Shown here: in pieces, positions 8,585 through 17,169 of the stretch | Layout: every line of letters begins with the position of its first letter | Numbering within the stretch: position 1 is the first letter of the stretch | Assembly: GCA_043826455.1 (NCBI GenBank) | Contig: JBDRQD010000048.1 | Coordinates: 192,001 to 256,000, forward strand | DNA: 64,000 bases | DNA from: Candidatus Bathyarchaeota archaeon | Lineage (GTDB): Archaea; Thermoproteota; Bathyarchaeia; TCS64 | Direction of reading: 5' to 3' | Program-made: the position numbers and the translations under genes | Notes under the pieces: generated by a model | Database searches by the model: none | Told to the model about the DNA's origin: nothing | The model's input: only the letters and a program-made list of their open reading frames with translations

Positions 8585-9579
8585 TACGCTCTCTCCGCCT
8601 CTTTAAGTCTGTCATTAATCTCCTGCAGCCTCTGGGCCAGGCTGCGGTCCACCCGGGACGCCCTACTCTGGAGGGCCTCCATCTCCCGGATCTGGTCCTC
8701 CACTAACATCGTTACGAAGCCCAGTCTGCTCCGCGACCTCATGAACAGGGCCGCGGAGAGGATGAATAGTGCGGCCAGGGCGCCCACTGCTGGGAGGAAG
8801 TACTGCTCCTGCCAGCTTGGCCCTGTCTCCACGGGGGGCGCCTCCACCTGCAGATTGTTCATGAGGTTTATGGCGTTATCCACGAGCCCTAGCTCCGCCT
8901 CACTTATGGCTATGTTCAGGAACTTCTCGTAGAGCTGGACGTAGGCCGGGTCCACGCTGGTCTGCCTGTACTGGGCCAGCTCGGCCTCCTTCTGGCTCCT
9001 GAGCCGCCTGTAGTCGTCGATCCTGTTGTCGATGACGTTGATGGTTATCTTGTCGTAGAGGGTCTGGGCCGGGCCTATGAGGGTGATGGATGTGAGGTCC
9101 ACGGGTTTGTGGAACACCACGCCCGCCCCAGTCGAGGTCACGGTCCGATCTATCTCCCCTACTATGGAGAGCCTGTATACTCCCTGGGTGTGGTTGAACT
9201 TGATGACTCTCTCCGTGGGGTTGAACTCGCTCGTCAGGGGCAGCTCCACTGACTCTATCTCCCAGAAAACCGTCATGGACTTTTTCAGGATGGACTCCGA
9301 TAATCTGAGCTCCAGCACGGCGTTGTCGACGGTCTGCCTCACGTTGATCCTGAAGCTCAGCCGGTACTCGTTTCCGGCTAGCACGGGCGCGTTCTGGGTC
9401 AGCTGGCCGCTCTCGGAGTTCCACTCGAGAATCCGCTGGTTTGTGGAGTAATGCTCCAGCTGGTACTCTTCTATCCACGGTAGGTCGGCTCCCCACACCG
9501 GGGGAAGCTGCGCTAAAAACAATATGCCTACTATGATGAAGGATATTTTCCTCAACGTGCTAGCCCCTGCAGTAACCAT
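8584..9579 (-). CDS. Single-pass membrane protein: signal peptide, extracellular beta-sandwich-like domain, TM helix, cytoplasmic coiled coil
   Basis: N-terminal RK plus hydrophobic signal, TM FLPAVGALAALFILSAALFM followed by RSRSR; TAATG stop/start overlap with the tubulin gene. Confidence 0.8.
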   Translation of the reverse strand: MVTAGASTLRKISFIIVGILFLAQLPPVWGADLPWIEEYQLEHYSTNQRILEWNSESGQLTQNAPVLAGNEYRLSFRINVRQTVDNAVLELRLSESILKKSMTVFWEIESVELPLTSEFNPTERVIKFNHTQGVYRLSIVGEIDRTVTSTGAGVVFHKPVDLTSITLIGPAQTLYDKITINVIDNRIDDYRRLRSQKEAELAQYRQTSVDPAYVQLYEKFLNIAISEAELGLVDNAINLMNNLQVEAPPVETGPSWQEQYFLPAVGALAALFILSAALFMRSRSRLGFVTMLVEDQIREMEALQSRASRVDRSLAQRLQEINDRLKEAERA

Positions 9580-9736
9580 GGTAAGTGCTATCCATTTAAA
9601 TTGTGCTGTATGCGGCTTTACCTACTAACGATCTATATCAGGCGTAGGTCCTGTCCCACTCGCATAAAACGGGGCCCAAGGTATTCCTGGAGGGGCTTTC
9701 TGCCATGATCTTTTATGTCGCCGCACCGGGAATCGT

Positions 9737-10711
9737 TTGATGAGTGCGCCCCTGATCACCAGCGGCGTGATCAACGCCAGCCTCCTCGTGATACTGTGTA
9801 TAGGGTTCAACTTCACATACATGATGGAGAAGTTTCCCAACTTCGCTCACGCCAGCTACGCCAGCATAGGCACCATGATAGCCTTCTACTTGGTCAGGTT
9901 CCAGGGGTTCAACCCCTACGCCACGTGGCCTGCGGCGGCCCTGGGGGGCGGCGTCTTAGGTGTGCTGCTGTACCTGGGCGTGGTGAAGCCTATAAAGGTG
10001 CACGGCTCGAGGGAGATCACCCTAACATTCACATTCTACATCATCAGCCAGATCATAGGCTCGGCCCTGGCCATGTTCAGTTACTGGCTCCTCATCGTCA
10101 CGCGCATCCAGTCGAGGGGGTTCCTGCTCTCCAGCTTCGATTTCAGGGTTGAGGGCGTGCCCGGCATAGGGTTTACCGCCCCCGTGACGGTTGTACTTCT
10201 GGTGGGTGCCCTGAACGTATTCCTGTACAGGTCCAAGTACGGTATCGCCATGAGGGCCACCGCTGAGGACGAGTGGCTGGCCTCCAGTCTTGGGGTGAAC
10301 GTGGACCTCATCCACGTCGCATCCTGGTTCATCTCTGGGGCGCTGTCGGCGCTTGCGGGGGCCATTCTTCCCATGTGGAGGGCCACCAGTGTTAATTTCA
10401 GCGACGAGCTTCTCGTCCAGGTCATGGCGGGCAGCGTCTTGGGGGGAATCACCAGCATTTCAGGAGCCATACTGGGTGGCTTCCTGGTGGCCACGAGCCA
10501 GAAGCTTCTGGTGACGTATCTCGTGAGGGCCCTCGGGGTATGGGTTATGGCCTATGAGGCTCTGATCCCCATGGTGATGCTCTTTCTGGTGTTGGCTGTC
10601 GAGCCCAACGGGTTGACGGCCCTCAAAGTGGAGAAGGCATCGTTTCGCGGTGTTAGTGAGTCTATCAGGAGGCTGAGGAGGACTCTGTGGAACCTTCTCA
10701 CATCTGAGTGA
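9737..10711 (+). CDS. Branched-chain amino acid ABC transporter permease (LivH/LivM family)
   Basis: GFNFTY..PNFAHA, SKYGIAMRATAED..A.SLGVN, SVLGG.TSI.GAILGG. Confidence 0.85.
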   Translation: MMSAPLITSGVINASLLVILCIGFNFTYMMEKFPNFAHASYASIGTMIAFYLVRFQGFNPYATWPAAALGGGVLGVLLYLGVVKPIKVHGSREITLTFTFYIISQIIGSALAMFSYWLLIVTRIQSRGFLLSSFDFRVEGVPGIGFTAPVTVVLLVGALNVFLYRSKYGIAMRATAEDEWLASSLGVNVDLIHVASWFISGALSALAGAILPMWRATSVNFSDELLVQVMAGSVLGGITSISGAILGGFLVATSQKLLVTYLVRALGVWVMAYEALIPMVMLFLVLAVEPNGLTALKVEKASFRGVSESIRRLRRTLWNLLTSE

Positions 10712-10967
10712 GCGTCGCCACATTTCCGCTATTTGGTGCCCATCCACCCATACAATCGTTTAACACAATACAGGCAAAATTAGGCAACGTTAGGCAAGTT
10801 ATTGATTGATCTATATATTAACTAGTATATTATCCGCGTTTGAGACACTATATAAACAATTAACAGATTAAAATCAAAAAAGCCTTAGATGATACCTAAA
10901 ATTTAACCCATTAACATAAGATAAATCATTACTTCCCACCGAAGCTCAAATAAAACAGGTGAAACAA

Positions 10968-11048
10968 ATGGCAAAGAAGCCGACACCCGCTCCGAAGCCC
11001 GCGGAGAAGAAGCCTGAGAAGCCCGCCGAGAAACCGAAGAAAAAGTGA
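10968..11048 (+). CDS. 26-aa Lys/Pro/Ala/Glu-rich small basic protein (MAKKPTPAPKPAEKKPEKPAEKPKKK)
   Basis: AGGTGA RBS at 10957-10962, AT-rich promoter region upstream, hairpin and T-run downstream; below the ORF-track length cutoff. Confidence 0.65.
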   Translation: MAKKPTPAPKPAEKKPEKPAEKPKKK

Positions 11049-11169
11049 ACGATGTAACCTGCCTTCTCAGTCAGGTTAGATCACCCCCTTTTTAATCAAC
11101 CAAGCCTCACCGGAGGCTTTCACCTTGATCACTTCCCTTAAATGAGCCCGGGGAGATTGCTATCGAGCC

Positions 11170-13119
11170 ATGTCCCCCACCATCCATTGCCCCAACTGCG
11201 GCAGGGCCCACACGGTGGAGGAGTACGAGGAGGACCGGTTCTGCAGAGGCTGTGAGACCCTCCTGACCCTGTCAGGTGACGCGTCCCCGGGTTCCTGGAC
11301 GCGCCTGTTTCCCTACGAGCCCTACCCCCAGCAGGTGGAGTTCATGGAGGATGTGGTGTCCATCGTCGGCCGCGGCAAGGTGCTCGTAGCTGAGGCCTGC
11401 AACGGGTTCGGAAAGACCGTTAGCGCCCTAAGCTGCCTCCTGCCTCTCGGCCGGAGGATCATCTACGCTACCCGCACCCATGAGCAGGTGCGTCAGGTCC
11501 TGCTGGAGATGGAGAAGATCAACGAGAAGGCCGGGAAGGGATACACGGCTGTCAACCTGGCCAGCAGGGACCACCTGTGCGTCAACCCCGAGTGCAGGGA
11601 CCTCCCAGCCAATGAGAGCCAGGAGCTCTGCGGCGTACTGAGGAAGAGCGACGACTGCCCCTACATCAGTGAACTGGACAAGCCGCCCACGGGGCTGCCC
11701 AAGATACTCACCAGGGAGGTCCTCATAGAGGAGGGCCGGAAAAGGAAGATGTGCCCCTACTACCTGGCCAGGCGCATGATGAAGGAATGCCACCTAGTGG
11801 TGGCCCCCTACCCCTACGTGTTCAACCCCATGATCAGGCTCACCACGGGCCTGGACCTGGGGGGCAGGGTGCTGGTGCTGGACGAGGGCCACAACGTTGA
11901 CCAGGTGGGCCAGGAGATACTCAGCGACACCCTCTCGGAGAGGGGCCTCAGCGCCGCCGCCGAGGAGATGAGGCTCATAGGGAAGTCGCCACGGTTCATC
12001 GACAGGCTGGGGGAGTACCTGCTTAAATCAGACTCCGAGAGGCCCCGGCTGGTCTCAGCCGAGGCCCTGGAGAGGGACCTGGAGCTGACTCTGGGCATGA
12101 GCATAAGCACCTTCATGGACGGCCACGCCCCCCTGGTGGAAGCAATAAGGGCGAGGAAGGCCAAGGACGGGAACCCGCCCGTCTGCTTCCTCAACGGGCT
12201 CCTCGGCTTCTTCGAGCTCCTTCAGGGCAGCGTGAAGGAGAAGTACGTGGGGGTCTACACGCGGAGCTACTACGGGGCCCCCGTAATCGAGTACAGGTGC
12301 CTGGACCCCAGCCTGGCCGTGGCCCCCGTGGTGGCCGAGGCCCGCGGCGTGCTGGTGATGAGCGGTACCCTCAGCCCCCTGGACACCTTCGCCGAGATCA
12401 TAGGGCTGGGGGACGCCGAGAAGCGCTCCTACCCCAGCATCCAGCGCTCCGACAGGATCAGGATGGTGGTGGACGCCTCCGTCACCACCCAGTACAGGGA
12501 ACGGAGCGACGAGATGATCACCCGGATGGGGGAGACCATAGGCAGGGAGCTGGAGACGGTGAAGCAGGGGGCCCTCATCTTCTTCACCCAGAGGGGCTTC
12601 ATGAACAGGTGCCTGGATGTCTGGGCCGGGGATCGTATACTGAAGGCTCATGGGGGCCGCCTCCTCCTGGCCGGGAAGCAGCTGTTCCGGGAGGGCCGGG
12701 ACGCGACCCAGAATAGGGACGTGGTGGTTAGGTACAAGAGGATGGCCGTGGGGGTCGGCGGAGCCGTCCTCTGCTGCGTCTTCAGAGGCAGAAACAGCGA
12801 GGGCAGCAACTTCCCCGGGGACCAGGCCCGGGGTATATTCCTGGTGGGGGTGCCCTATGCCAACTACGGCGACCCCCTGGTGAAGGCCCAGATAAGGTAC
12901 TACAACGGGCTGAGGCCCGGCCTGGGCAACCGGTGGTACACCATGGACGCCTACAGGGCCGCCAACCAGAGCCTGGGCAGAGGCATAAGGGGCAGGGACG
13001 ACTGGTGCCACTACTGGCTACTGGACCGGAGGTACGCCGAGAACCTGGGCCTCATAACCAGGTGGGCCCAGGGGGACGGAGCGGAGGTCAGGAGAGGCCC
13101 CGCACAACAGACGTTTTAA
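11170..13119 (+). CDS. XPD/Rad3-family Fe-S DNA helicase with N-terminal Zn ribbon
   Basis: Q-motif FPYEPYPQQ, Walker A EACNGFGKT, YATRTHEQ, Fe-S cysteines (..CPYY), DEGH, MSGTL, NQSLGRGIR; N-terminal CPNC/CRGC. Confidence 0.9.
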   Translation: MSPTIHCPNCGRAHTVEEYEEDRFCRGCETLLTLSGDASPGSWTRLFPYEPYPQQVEFMEDVVSIVGRGKVLVAEACNGFGKTVSALSCLLPLGRRIIYATRTHEQVRQVLLEMEKINEKAGKGYTAVNLASRDHLCVNPECRDLPANESQELCGVLRKSDDCPYISELDKPPTGLPKILTREVLIEEGRKRKMCPYYLARRMMKECHLVVAPYPYVFNPMIRLTTGLDLGGRVLVLDEGHNVDQVGQEILSDTLSERGLSAAAEEMRLIGKSPRFIDRLGEYLLKSDSERPRLVSAEALERDLELTLGMSISTFMDGHAPLVEAIRARKAKDGNPPVCFLNGLLGFFELLQGSVKEKYVGVYTRSYYGAPVIEYRCLDPSLAVAPVVAEARGVLVMSGTLSPLDTFAEIIGLGDAEKRSYPSIQRSDRIRMVVDASVTTQYRERSDEMITRMGETIGRELETVKQGALIFFTQRGFMNRCLDVWAGDRILKAHGGRLLLAGKQLFREGRDATQNRDVVVRYKRMAVGVGGAVLCCVFRGRNSEGSNFPGDQARGIFLVGVPYANYGDPLVKAQIRYYNGLRPGLGNRWYTMDAYRAANQSLGRGIRGRDDWCHYWLLDRRYAENLGLITRWAQGDGAEVRRGPAQQTF

Positions 13120-13153
13120 GCCCACGGGGACCAAAAGAGTTTAGTGACCTTCC

Positions 13154-14134
13154 GTGCCCACTGGCTACTTTCTGGGGGTGGACGGCGGAGGAACCGCCAC
13201 CAGGGCAGTGATAGTGTCGCCTGGGGGCAGGGTCCTGGCCGCCGGGAGAGCCGGGCCCTCTAACCCCATCACCGTGGGCGCCGACAGGGCCCTGGCCAGC
13301 ATACTGGAGGCCGTGAACATGGCCTCAGCCAAGTGCGGAGTAGACCGGTTCAAGGCTAGCAGGCTAGGTGTTGCCGGAACAGACCGATCCAGGCTGAGGC
13401 AGAAGCTGCTAGCTGGGCTGCCCGACTCCTATGGAGACACAGCCGTGACCAGTGACGCCGCCGCGGCGCTGGCCGGGGCCACGGGCTGCAGGCCCGGCGT
13501 GGTGGTGATAGCGGGTACGGGCTCTATCGCCTACGGGGAGAACCACCGGGGCATGGCGGCCCGGGCAGGCGGCTGGGGGTGGAGGCTGGGGGACGAGGGA
13601 AGCGGCTACACCATAGGCAGGAACGCCATACTGGCCGCCTTGAGGGCGCACGACGGCCGAACCCCGGATACAGTTCTCCGGGAAATGATCCTTGGCTACC
13701 TGGGCCTGAGCGCTGTGGAGGAGATCATAGACTGGATGTACGCCCCGGGGAGGGAGCCCCGGGACGTGGCCTACCTGGTGCCCCTGGTCAGAGACGCCGA
13801 GGCGGCGGGAGACGAGGCTGCCAAGCTGGTGATGGCCGAGGCGGGCGCGGAGCTGGGCCACGTGGCCAACGCCGTCATAAGGAGGCTGGGCCTCACCGGG
13901 GGGTTCCCTGTGGGCCTCAATGGTGGCGTGTTCAAACAGCCCAGCGTCTACATCATGGCCTTCGAGGAGGTGGTGCGGAGGGAGGCGCCGGACTGCGCCC
14001 TCATCAAGCCGCGGATGCCCCCCGTCCTGGGTGCAGCCCTCCTCGCCCTGAAATCCACGGGCGTGAGCATAGACGACGGCCTGCTCCGGGCCGTGGAGGA
14101 GAGCTACGGTTCGCTAGGTGACGACCATGATTAA
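13154..14134 (+). CDS. BadF/BadG/BcrA/BcrD-family N-acetylglucosamine/N-acetylmuramic acid kinase (MurK-like)
   Basis: GVDGGGT, VIAGTGS, RAGGWGWRLGDEGSGY. Confidence 0.85.
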   Translation: MPTGYFLGVDGGGTATRAVIVSPGGRVLAAGRAGPSNPITVGADRALASILEAVNMASAKCGVDRFKASRLGVAGTDRSRLRQKLLAGLPDSYGDTAVTSDAAAALAGATGCRPGVVVIAGTGSIAYGENHRGMAARAGGWGWRLGDEGSGYTIGRNAILAALRAHDGRTPDTVLREMILGYLGLSAVEEIIDWMYAPGREPRDVAYLVPLVRDAEAAGDEAAKLVMAEAGAELGHVANAVIRRLGLTGGFPVGLNGGVFKQPSVYIMAFEEVVRREAPDCALIKPRMPPVLGAALLALKSTGVSIDDGLLRAVEESYGSLGDDHD

Positions 14135-15017
14135 GGTGACCGAGAGCCTGAACCCCGCCTCCAGGGGCATAGACTCCAAGGAGGTCGGGGAAATACTGAG
14201 GATCATCAGCGCGGAGGACTCCGTGGTGGCGGAGTCCGTGGCCGCTCAGCTGCCCAACATAGGCAGGGCCGTGGAGCGGATCGTTGAAACCGTCCGCGGC
14301 GGAGGCACAGTGTTCCTAGTGGGCGCCGGGACCAGCGGTCGCCTCTGCGTGCTGGAGGCCGCGGAGGTGCCGCCCACCTTCGGGGTGCCCCCCACTCTGT
14401 TCCAGGGGGTGCTGGCGGGGGGAATCCCGGCCCTGGTGGGGTCGGTGGAGGCAGCTGAGGACAGCCCTGAGGCCGCTCGAGCCGATCTAGTGTCCCGAGG
14501 CTTGAAGCCATGTGACCTGGTTGTGGGGGTCACTGCATCAGGGGCCACCCCCTACACGCTGGAGGCTGTGAGGTTCGCAGGTGAGGTGGGGGCAGCAACG
14601 GTGAGCGTATCATGCAACCCAGGCTCTCCCCTTTCCGGCTATGTGGACGTGGCCATCGAGGTGGTGGTAGGCCCCGAGGCCGTGGCCGGCTCCACCCGGA
14701 TGAAGGCGGGGACAGCCCAGAAGATGGTGCTCAACATGCTCACCACGGCGTCCATGGTAAGGCTGGGCCGCGTCCACGACGGCTACATGGTGGGGGTTCA
14801 GGCCACCAACGCGAAACTGGTGGACCGGAGCAGGAAAACCCTTTCCGCCGTGACAGGACTTTCCCCGGAGGAAGCGGGGCCGGTGCTGGAGGCAGCCGGC
14901 GGAGACCTGCGGGGGGCCGTCGTGATGACCCTTGCGGGGGTCGGGGCAGGCGAGGCTAAAAAGGCCCTGGAGGGCTGGATTTCAGTGAGAGAGGCGTTAC
15001 GGAGACTAGAAGAATGA
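14127..15017 (+). CDS. murQ: N-acetylmuramic acid 6-phosphate etherase
   Basis: TESLNP, GAGTSGRL, EAAEVPPTFG, VEAAED, GSTRMKAGTAQKMVLNM, ATNAKL. Confidence 0.92.
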   Translation: MIKVTESLNPASRGIDSKEVGEILRIISAEDSVVAESVAAQLPNIGRAVERIVETVRGGGTVFLVGAGTSGRLCVLEAAEVPPTFGVPPTLFQGVLAGGIPALVGSVEAAEDSPEAARADLVSRGLKPCDLVVGVTASGATPYTLEAVRFAGEVGAATVSVSCNPGSPLSGYVDVAIEVVVGPEAVAGSTRMKAGTAQKMVLNMLTTASMVRLGRVHDGYMVGVQATNAKLVDRSRKTLSAVTGLSPEEAGPVLEAAGGDLRGAVVMTLAGVGAGEAKKALEGWISVREALRRLEE

Positions 15018-16012
15018 TTCCTGAGAGGGGCGTATCCTACTATGGCGTGGCCTACCCGGACCGCGCCGCGGGTGACTACGCCGAGATGGTGGACCACGGC
15101 TGCAACGCCGTGCTTCTCGCGGTATCCGAGTTCGACTGGTGGTTCTGGCGGAAGAACGTCATCAGGCTCATAGACGTGGCCAAGGACCACGGGCTTAAAA
15201 CCTATGTGGACCTGTGGGGCTGGGGCAAGACCCTGGCCGGGGAGCCCCCCAGCCTCTTCCTCATGAGGAGCCTGGAGGGCAGGCAGAGGGCCGCGTCCGG
15301 CAAGACTTACCACGCCACGTGCCTGAACCACGGCGCCTTCAGGGAGCACTTGAGGCGCAGCGTAGAGGAGCTGGTCACCGAGACGTGCCTGGACGGCCTC
15401 TTCTGGGACGAGCCCCACTACGCCAACTGGCATGACAGTGACTGGGCCTGCACATGCAGCATATGCGGCGCATTGTACAGGGACAGGTACGGGGAGGACA
15501 TGCCCCTGGAGCTGACGCCTAGGGTAATAGAGTTCAGGGAGGACAGGGCCGTGGGGTTCCTCAGGGAGCTGAGCGTCTACGTCAAGGAGGCGGACCCCAC
15601 CGTGGACGTGGTCTGCTGCCTACTGCCCACCAAGAGCCCCCTAATAGGCATCACTGACTGGGAGAAGGTGGCAGCCATACCGGAGCTGGACACCCTGGCC
15701 ACGGACCCCTACTACTTCCACACCGGTATGAGCCGGGAGGAGGGCCTAGCCTTCTTCAGGGAGACCAGCATGGACTGCATGAGCCTCGCCCAGAGGCACG
15801 GAAAGCTGAGCCAGCTCTGGCTCATGGCCTTCAGAGTGCCCGTGGGGAGGGAGGGTGAGCTATCCGAGGCCGCCGACATAGCTGCCGAGCTGGGCGCCGA
15901 CTCCCTCTTCGCGTGGCCCTACAGGGGAGGCGAGGGCAGCGTACTGGCCTCAGGGGACCCGTGGAGGGTCTGGGACGCCATAGGGGCCGCCTACAGGAGG
16001 CACGCGGCCTGA
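15014..16012 (+). CDS. Uncharacterised TIM-barrel glycoside hydrolase-like protein
   Basis: GVSYY, GCNAVLLAVSE, DGLFWDEPHY, CTCSIC, TDPY; ATGA-coupled to murQ. Confidence 0.65.
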   Translation: MIPERGVSYYGVAYPDRAAGDYAEMVDHGCNAVLLAVSEFDWWFWRKNVIRLIDVAKDHGLKTYVDLWGWGKTLAGEPPSLFLMRSLEGRQRAASGKTYHATCLNHGAFREHLRRSVEELVTETCLDGLFWDEPHYANWHDSDWACTCSICGALYRDRYGEDMPLELTPRVIEFREDRAVGFLRELSVYVKEADPTVDVVCCLLPTKSPLIGITDWEKVAAIPELDTLATDPYYFHTGMSREEGLAFFRETSMDCMSLAQRHGKLSQLWLMAFRVPVGREGELSEAADIAAELGADSLFAWPYRGGEGSVLASGDPWRVWDAIGAAYRRHAA

Positions 16013-16014
16013 CC

Positions 16015-17166
16015 GTGAAGGCAGGCGTAGATGTTCTTCTTGGTGATCCCCGAGGCTTCCTCGGGGGCGACGCCGTTGGCCTGGTCACCAACCCCACGGG
16101 GGTGACCCGCCGTCTCGAGTCCACTCTGGACGCCCTTCACAGTAATCCTGATGTCAACTTGAAGGCAGTGTTTGGACCTGAGCACGGAGCTAGAGGCGAT
16201 ATTCAGGACGCCTTGCTGGTGGAGGGCCACGTGGACGAGGCCACGGGGCTGCCCGTGCACAGCCTCTACGGTGAGCACATGGCGCCGACCATTGAGATGC
16301 TGGACGGCCTTGACGCCCTGGTCTTCGATATCCAGGACTGCGGCGCCAGATTCTACACCTACGTCTCGACGCTGACCTACTGCATGGAGGCGGCCGCCCG
16401 GGACGGCCTGGGCGTGGTGGTCCTTGACAGGCCGGACCCCATCAACGGGCTCAGCGTCGGGGGCGGCGTCCTGAGGCCCGGGTTCGAGTCCTTCATCGGC
16501 CTGCACCCCGTTCCGTTTAGGCACGGCCTCACGATGGGGGAGCTGGCTTCATTCATCAACACGGGAATCGGCTGCCGGCTTGAGGTCGTGGAGCTGGAAG
16601 GGTGGAGCAGGGCCATGTGGTACGACGAGACCGGCCTGCCCTGGGTGCAGCCCAGCCCCAACATGCCCACCTTGGAGACGGCCATCGTTTTCCCAGGCAC
16701 ATGCCTCTTCGAGGGGGTGAACGCCATCGAGGGCAGGGGCACCACGCGTCCCTTCGAGTACTTGGGCGCCCCCTGGGTGGACGGGCGGCGGTGGACGGAC
16801 GCCATGAACGCCCTCAGGTTACCCGGCGCCGGGTTCAGGGCTTGCCACTTCACTCCCGCCTTCTGGAGGCACAGCGGCGAGAGGTGCGATGGCCTCCAGG
16901 TCCACGTCACCGACAGGAACGCGTACATACCCGTGGAGACCGGCGTCCACCTACTCTCCACCCTCATAGGGCTCCAGGGGGACAGGTTCAGGTTCAACGA
17001 GCCCACCTACGACAAGAGGAGGCACTTCGACCTCCTGGCCGGCACCGACAGGCTCAGGCTGAGTCTTATGGACGGCGAGCCGGTGCAGGAGATCGTGGGG
17101 GCCTGGGAGCCGGAGGTGGAGCGATTCGTGAAGAGTAGGGAGAGGCACCTGCTGTACGGTGAGTGA
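16015..17166 (+). CDS. namZ: Exo-beta-N-acetylmuramidase NamZ (DUF1343)
   Basis: GLVTNPTG, FGPEHG, FDIQDCGARFYTY, VLDRPDP, RHGLTMGELA, PSPNMPT, EGRGTTRPFE; start uncertain (CTG 16009 or GTG 16015). Confidence 0.9.
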   Translation: MKAGVDVLLGDPRGFLGGDAVGLVTNPTGVTRRLESTLDALHSNPDVNLKAVFGPEHGARGDIQDALLVEGHVDEATGLPVHSLYGEHMAPTIEMLDGLDALVFDIQDCGARFYTYVSTLTYCMEAAARDGLGVVVLDRPDPINGLSVGGGVLRPGFESFIGLHPVPFRHGLTMGELASFINTGIGCRLEVVELEGWSRAMWYDETGLPWVQPSPNMPTLETAIVFPGTCLFEGVNAIEGRGTTRPFEYLGAPWVDGRRWTDAMNALRLPGAGFRACHFTPAFWRHSGERCDGLQVHVTDRNAYIPVETGVHLLSTLIGLQGDRFRFNEPTYDKRRHFDLLAGTDRLRLSLMDGEPVQEIVGAWEPEVERFVKSRERHLLYGE

Positions 17167-17169
17167 GCT

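Noticed and set aside
9600..9736. Possible riboswitch or ncRNA upstream of the LivH-like permease
   Set aside because: No recognisable conserved motif or convincing stem set
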